Origin: a virus
Taxonomy: Duplodnaviria > Caudoviricetes
DNA length: 39,999 nucleotides
IMG/VR virus record: IMGVR_UViG_3300011338_000870
Coordinates: 1-39,999 of that record
Strand: one strand, 5' to 3'
Below, piece by piece: positions 36,393 to 39,999 of the stretch. Numbering within the stretch: the first letter of the stretch is position 1; every line of letters begins with the position of its first letter. The position numbers and the translations under genes are program-made. The notes beneath the pieces are model-generated. The model did no database searches and had not been told where the DNA came from. It was given only the letters and a program-made list of their open reading frames with translations.

Positions 36393-36530
36393 TTATTTAC
36401 TTCGTGGATACCAAACATTGAAATAAATTGTGCCGTTGATGTTGTAGGTGCAGTCGTCTAAAAGAGCGCCGTTTGTTTTTTGTACAAACTTTAAAGCGTT
36501 TTCTAATTTGATAAATTTCTTTGTTTTCAT
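36393..36530 (-). CDS. 45-aa first early protein (not in the ORF track)
   Basis: MKTKKFIKLENALKFVQK...; GAAAGGGTTA RBS just downstream of a promoter. Confidence 0.7.
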   Translation of the reverse strand: MKTKKFIKLENALKFVQKTNGALLDDCTYNINGTIYFNVWYPRSK

Positions 36531-36575
36531 TTTTTAACCCTTTCATTCATCCCCGCAACATTGCGTTGATAATCA

Positions 36576-36605
36576 GTTGTAAACCAAAACAGCTTAGGTT
36601 GTCAA
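36576..36605 (-). promoter_or_regulatory. Major leftward early promoter with 19-bp operator
   Basis: TTGACA-18 bp-TACAAC; pseudo-palindrome AACCTAAGCTGTTTTGGTT (36582-36600). Confidence 0.7.
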
Positions 36606-36703
36606 TGATAAAAACAGCATGATCTGTAAAATAATTTATGCCCACTCATTAAGTTATTGATTTAATAGATAAATGTCTTTATTATTTAATTACACAAAAA
36701 ATT

Positions 36704-37084
36704 ATGACTAAGAAAAACCTTGGGGGACGACCAACAAAAATGACTCCAGATGCAGTAAAAAAACTGGAAGAAGCTTTTATGCTTGGATGTAGCGACCTCG
36801 AGGCTTGTCTTGTAGCTGGAATCTCCCGTCAATGTTTGTATGACTACCAAGATAAAACCCCAGGGTTTGCTGAGCGAAAATCTACTTTAAAAGAAGATCC
36901 TACCTATAGGGCTAGGTTAGCCGTCATTAAAGGCTTTCAAGATAGCCCTGAGCTTGCATTAAAATATTTAGAACGTAAGAAAAAAGATGAGTTTAGCTTA
37001 AAGCAAGAAATAGAAGCTTCTGGCTCTATGCAGCTTACTATTAGTTTAGGTCATGCTCAAAAGGTATTAGATGCAGCCAAGTGA
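36704..37084 (+). CDS. terS: Terminase small subunit
   Basis: GGRPTK start, HTH (EAC..AGISRQ.LY), LER motif; directly upstream of TerL. Confidence 0.85.
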   Translation: MTKKNLGGRPTKMTPDAVKKLEEAFMLGCSDLEACLVAGISRQCLYDYQDKTPGFAERKSTLKEDPTYRARLAVIKGFQDSPELALKYLERKKKDEFSLKQEIEASGSMQLTISLGHAQKVLDAAK

Positions 37085-38531
37085 AGTGCTTGAAGCTGCT
37101 AGAAATAAATTGTTGTCGTACTGTTCTTTGACAAACGAAAGTTATAAGATCCCTCAGCATATCAAGCATATAGCTGAGATTCTAGAACGTGTTGAACGCG
37201 GAGAGCTTAAGCGTGTCATCATTACCATTCCCCCTAGACATGGTAAGTCTATGCTTTGTAGCCAGTATTTCCCGGCTTGGTTTATCGGTAAGAATCCTGA
37301 TAAGTACTTAATTACAGCTACCTATGGGCAAGATCTTAGTGATGACTTTGGCCGCAAGGTACGTGACCAGCTAGACGAGCCACTATTTAAGGCTGCTTTT
37401 CCAAAAGCTATACTTAGAAGTGACTCTAAAGCGGCTGCTAGGTTCGAAACAACGCTAGGCGGTACATACTTTGGGGTAGGAGCTGGTGGCCCTATAACAG
37501 GGCGTGGCGCTCACTTAATGCTTATAGATGACCCGTGTAAGAATAGGGAAGAGGCTGACTCTGATATCATGCGAACAAAGCTTTACGATTGGTTCCGTTC
37601 TGTTGCTTATACTAGGCTCATGCCTCAAGGAGCTATCGTCATTATCACGACGCGCTGGCACGAAGAGGACCTTGTGGGACAAGTATTGTCTAATGAGAAT
37701 GCAAAAAATTGGACTGTTTTCAATCTTAAGGCAATTAGCGACGAGGGAAAGCCTTTGTGGCCCGAAGCTTATGATTTAGATGCTTTAAACGATATCAGGA
37801 AAGAAGTCCTTGAATACGACTGGAGCTGCTTGTATCAGCAAGAGCCTATCCCTCATGAAGGGATCATCTTCAAGCCTGACTGGTTAAAGCCTGGGTTAGC
37901 TAACGATAACGAATATGCTGCCTTTTACTGCGCTGTAGACCCTGCAATCAGTAAGAACGAGGCAGCCGATGAAACGGCAATATGTGTGGTTGGTCTTAGC
38001 TATAGCGACCCGGCGACTATACATGAGATTGAAACGCTGCATGGGCACTGGACGTTTGAAGAGCAGATAAAGGCTATCCAAGCGATACATAAGAAGTACC
38101 AGATTGATTGCTTCGGAATAGAAGACGTTGCTTATCAGAAAGCTCTTATCCAAGAGTGCCAGCGTTTATGGATACCAGTTACGCCGTTAAAAGCTAACCG
38201 TGACAAGGTAGCTAGGGCAATGAGTGTGAGCCATTTCTTTAGCCAAGGCAGAGTCCGCGTCAACACGCAAGACACTAGAAGACAGATGCTTAGCTTTCGT
38301 GGAGCAGGTGAAAAGAACGATTTAGCCGATGCTCTTATTCATGCTGTTGGCATGGTTAGAGATTATTCAGAGCAAAGATATTTAAAAGAAGCAAAAGAAG
38401 AGAAGTTAGATTCAAGCCAGTATTTTTGGAAGATGGCTTGTAAACAAGAGAATGAAGAAGCAAGCGAAGGACATGAAGAGCAGATTTATGACCCGGCTTA
38501 TGCTGGGCCTACAAATGAAAATTATTTCTAA
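37071..38531 (+). CDS. terL: Terminase large subunit
   Basis: Walker A PPRHGKS, GGPITGRGA, Walker B LIDDP, TRWHEEDL, YQQEP, nuclease VDPA and DLADA. Confidence 0.97.
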   Translation: MQPSEVLEAARNKLLSYCSLTNESYKIPQHIKHIAEILERVERGELKRVIITIPPRHGKSMLCSQYFPAWFIGKNPDKYLITATYGQDLSDDFGRKVRDQLDEPLFKAAFPKAILRSDSKAAARFETTLGGTYFGVGAGGPITGRGAHLMLIDDPCKNREEADSDIMRTKLYDWFRSVAYTRLMPQGAIVIITTRWHEEDLVGQVLSNENAKNWTVFNLKAISDEGKPLWPEAYDLDALNDIRKEVLEYDWSCLYQQEPIPHEGIIFKPDWLKPGLANDNEYAAFYCAVDPAISKNEAADETAICVVGLSYSDPATIHEIETLHGHWTFEEQIKAIQAIHKKYQIDCFGIEDVAYQKALIQECQRLWIPVTPLKANRDKVARAMSVSHFFSQGRVRVNTQDTRRQMLSFRGAGEKNDLADALIHAVGMVRDYSEQRYLKEAKEEKLDSSQYFWKMACKQENEEASEGHEEQIYDPAYAGPTNENYF

Positions 38532-38541
38532 GGAGTAGATT

Positions 38542-39330
38542 ATGGCAATTAGTATTTTAAGCAGAAAACCAGAAAACTTTGGTTCTCAAAGCGGCGCAGT
38601 TGGTCAAGTGCAACTAGATAGCTCGTACCCTACGGGGGGTTATTCTTTAACTCCGTCTATGTTCACTTTTAGTATAATCAATTCTTTTCTAGCCACTACT
38701 ACAGGCGGAGATATTCTAGTTTATAACTATAGCACGAACAAGCTAATGGCTTTTACTGCTGCAGCTGCAGCTGGAGCGGGAGGCAGCACCGGTGCGACTT
38801 CTGGCGGAACCCCAGCTGGGACAAATGGAACTAGCGCTGTTACAGGAACTGGTACAGGGACTGCCGATGCCCAAGTTTTTACTGGAGCACGTGCTGGAAT
38901 GGCGCCCATATTTAGTGGAACTGGCTTAACCGCTGTTGGCCAAGTAATTACTACTACAGACAACCAAAAGATGGCACTTAATGAATGTGCTGGGATGTGG
39001 TTAGTCTCTGCAACGCAGGCTACCCCTCCTAATTTAATTATTAGCAATACGGCAGTAGCCGCAGCACCAGCAGTTTTTACAGTTCAAGGTTCTGCCAATA
39101 CTGATGCCGGGGCTTATAATGTGGTAGCTTCAGTTCCTTCAGGGACCAACGCTAGTTCTGCAGTGACCGTTTCTTCGTTAAGCGGAACAGCAGCAGCTCA
39201 GACTTTTACTGGATCCGCTTTGGGAACTCATACTCATACAGTAGCAGCAGGTGGTGGTGGGTTAACAGAAGTTGCAAACGCAACAGATTTATCAGCAGTA
39301 ATCGCAAACTATATTTTAATCGGTAACTAA
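38542..39330 (+). CDS. Virion structural protein (head fibre/decoration-like)
   Basis: DSSYPTGG N-terminal motif, EVANATDLS C-terminal motif, A/G/T-rich insert; AAGGAG RBS. Confidence 0.65.
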   Translation: MAISILSRKPENFGSQSGAVGQVQLDSSYPTGGYSLTPSMFTFSIINSFLATTTGGDILVYNYSTNKLMAFTAAAAAGAGGSTGATSGGTPAGTNGTSAVTGTGTGTADAQVFTGARAGMAPIFSGTGLTAVGQVITTTDNQKMALNECAGMWLVSATQATPPNLIISNTAVAAAPAVFTVQGSANTDAGAYNVVASVPSGTNASSAVTVSSLSGTAAAQTFTGSALGTHTHTVAAGGGGLTEVANATDLSAVIANYILIGN

Positions 39331-39348
39331 TTTTTAAAGGAGATTGTA

Positions 39349-39699
39349 ATGGCTTTTAATACAACACAAACAAGTGTGATTTTAGAGGGTGGAAATACCC
39401 CAGCTTTGGTTTGGGTAACTGGAACTTATGCTTGCGATGGCGGTACAACTGGTGGCGTTATCTCCCCGGGATATAACAATGCTGCAGGGACTTTTACTGC
39501 TGCAAGTAATGGTGGAAGTGGCTGTACTCAAATTGTTGGTCCAGTTCTTTTTACACCTACCGCAAGTGATGCAACCGCCCCAGGTGGAGTAAAAGCTTTC
39601 AACGCAACTCGCTCAAGAGATGAGTTTACTCTGGTATGTACTGCTAACTCAACCGGTACATATGGAATGTATTGTTTGAACAATGGATCTCAGCCCTAA
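39349..39699 (+). CDS. Putative virion structural protein
   Basis: AAGGAG RBS; G/T/A-rich. Confidence 0.6.
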   Translation: MAFNTTQTSVILEGGNTPALVWVTGTYACDGGTTGGVISPGYNNAAGTFTAASNGGSGCTQIVGPVLFTPTASDATAPGGVKAFNATRSRDEFTLVCTANSTGTYGMYCLNNGSQP

Positions 39700-39932
39700 T
39701 GTTTGAATGTAAGGTTTGCTCGGCGCTGCTGGATCAAATCCAGTGGCTACGAGATCAAAACAAGAATTTGGCGGACAGGCTGATGGCGATTAGTAATCCT
39801 AATGCGCTATCGGCCTTCATGCCGGATACTAGCAATCCAAGCGACTTTTACGGCTCTTCGGAGCACGATCAAGTTTCTGGGACTGATATGTTTGGGCAAC
39901 AGATAGCAATAGATAAAGATCAGTTAGAATAA
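39699..39932 (+). CDS. Small coiled-coil protein upstream of portal
   Basis: TAATG-coupled ATG 39699; CKVC then coiled coil; its 3' part is repeated at 1-126. Confidence 0.65.
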   Translation: MFECKVCSALLDQIQWLRDQNKNLADRLMAISNPNALSAFMPDTSNPSDFYGSSEHDQVSGTDMFGQQIAIDKDQLE

Positions 39933-39999
39933 AAAACTTAAACTCCGGGATAATTACCTGGCTTTGAGGCATGCTTGAAAGAGTTATACGAGAACACAA
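39807..39999. repeat. Terminal direct repeat, right copy
   Basis: 191/193 identical to 1-193. Confidence 0.97.

Noticed and set aside
23203-39047. Plus-strand ORFs within the early arm and alternative-frame ORFs in SSB, terL and 38542-39330
   Set aside because: Antisense or out-of-frame shadows of well-supported genes, with no independent support
1-39999. CRISPR array, diversity-generating retroelement, integrase/att site, IS element
   Set aside because: No regularly spaced repeats, reverse transcriptase, TR/VR pair, recombinase or transposase motifs seen
1-39999. Stop-codon reassignment or suppressor tRNA
   Set aside because: Long genes are intact in code 11, all three stops end genes, and the only canonical tRNA has a normal CCA anticodon

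Overview
This window is an apparently complete, circularly permuted tailed-phage genome of about 39,806 bp. Positions 1-193 recur at 39807-39999 with 2 mismatches. The architecture is podovirus-like. The rightward late arm (36704 through the junction to 21956) encodes small and large terminase, portal, scaffold, major capsid, adaptor, fibre/decoration proteins, nozzle, ejection proteins and a diderm-type lysis cassette (M15 peptidase, holin, i-/o-spanin). The leftward early arm (36530 down to about 21900) encodes many small hypothetical proteins, a PD-(D/E)XK exonuclease, an SSB-like protein, a lipoprotein, VRR-NUC, a GT4 glycosyltransferase and tRNA-Trp(CCA). I recognised no integrase, CI-type repressor, DNA polymerase, helicase, primase or initiator. 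The most unusual signals are mostly non-coding. (1) About 9 early genes share a long ribosome-binding motif AGAAAGGGTTAG, and a predicted ~75-nt RNA at the end of the early arm displays the exact complement in its terminator loop. (2) Two tandem tRNA-like RNAs have intact acceptor, D and T arms but extra helices instead of an anticodon loop. (3) A ~600-nt structured, ORF-free region sits where replication genes would be expected. (4) A complete small gene is nested out of frame inside an ejection-protein gene. (5) Two TTGACA promoters share a 19-bp operator, one driving a tiny basic KGG-type protein. All calls are by eye from sequence motifs and synteny; no database search or folding program was run.
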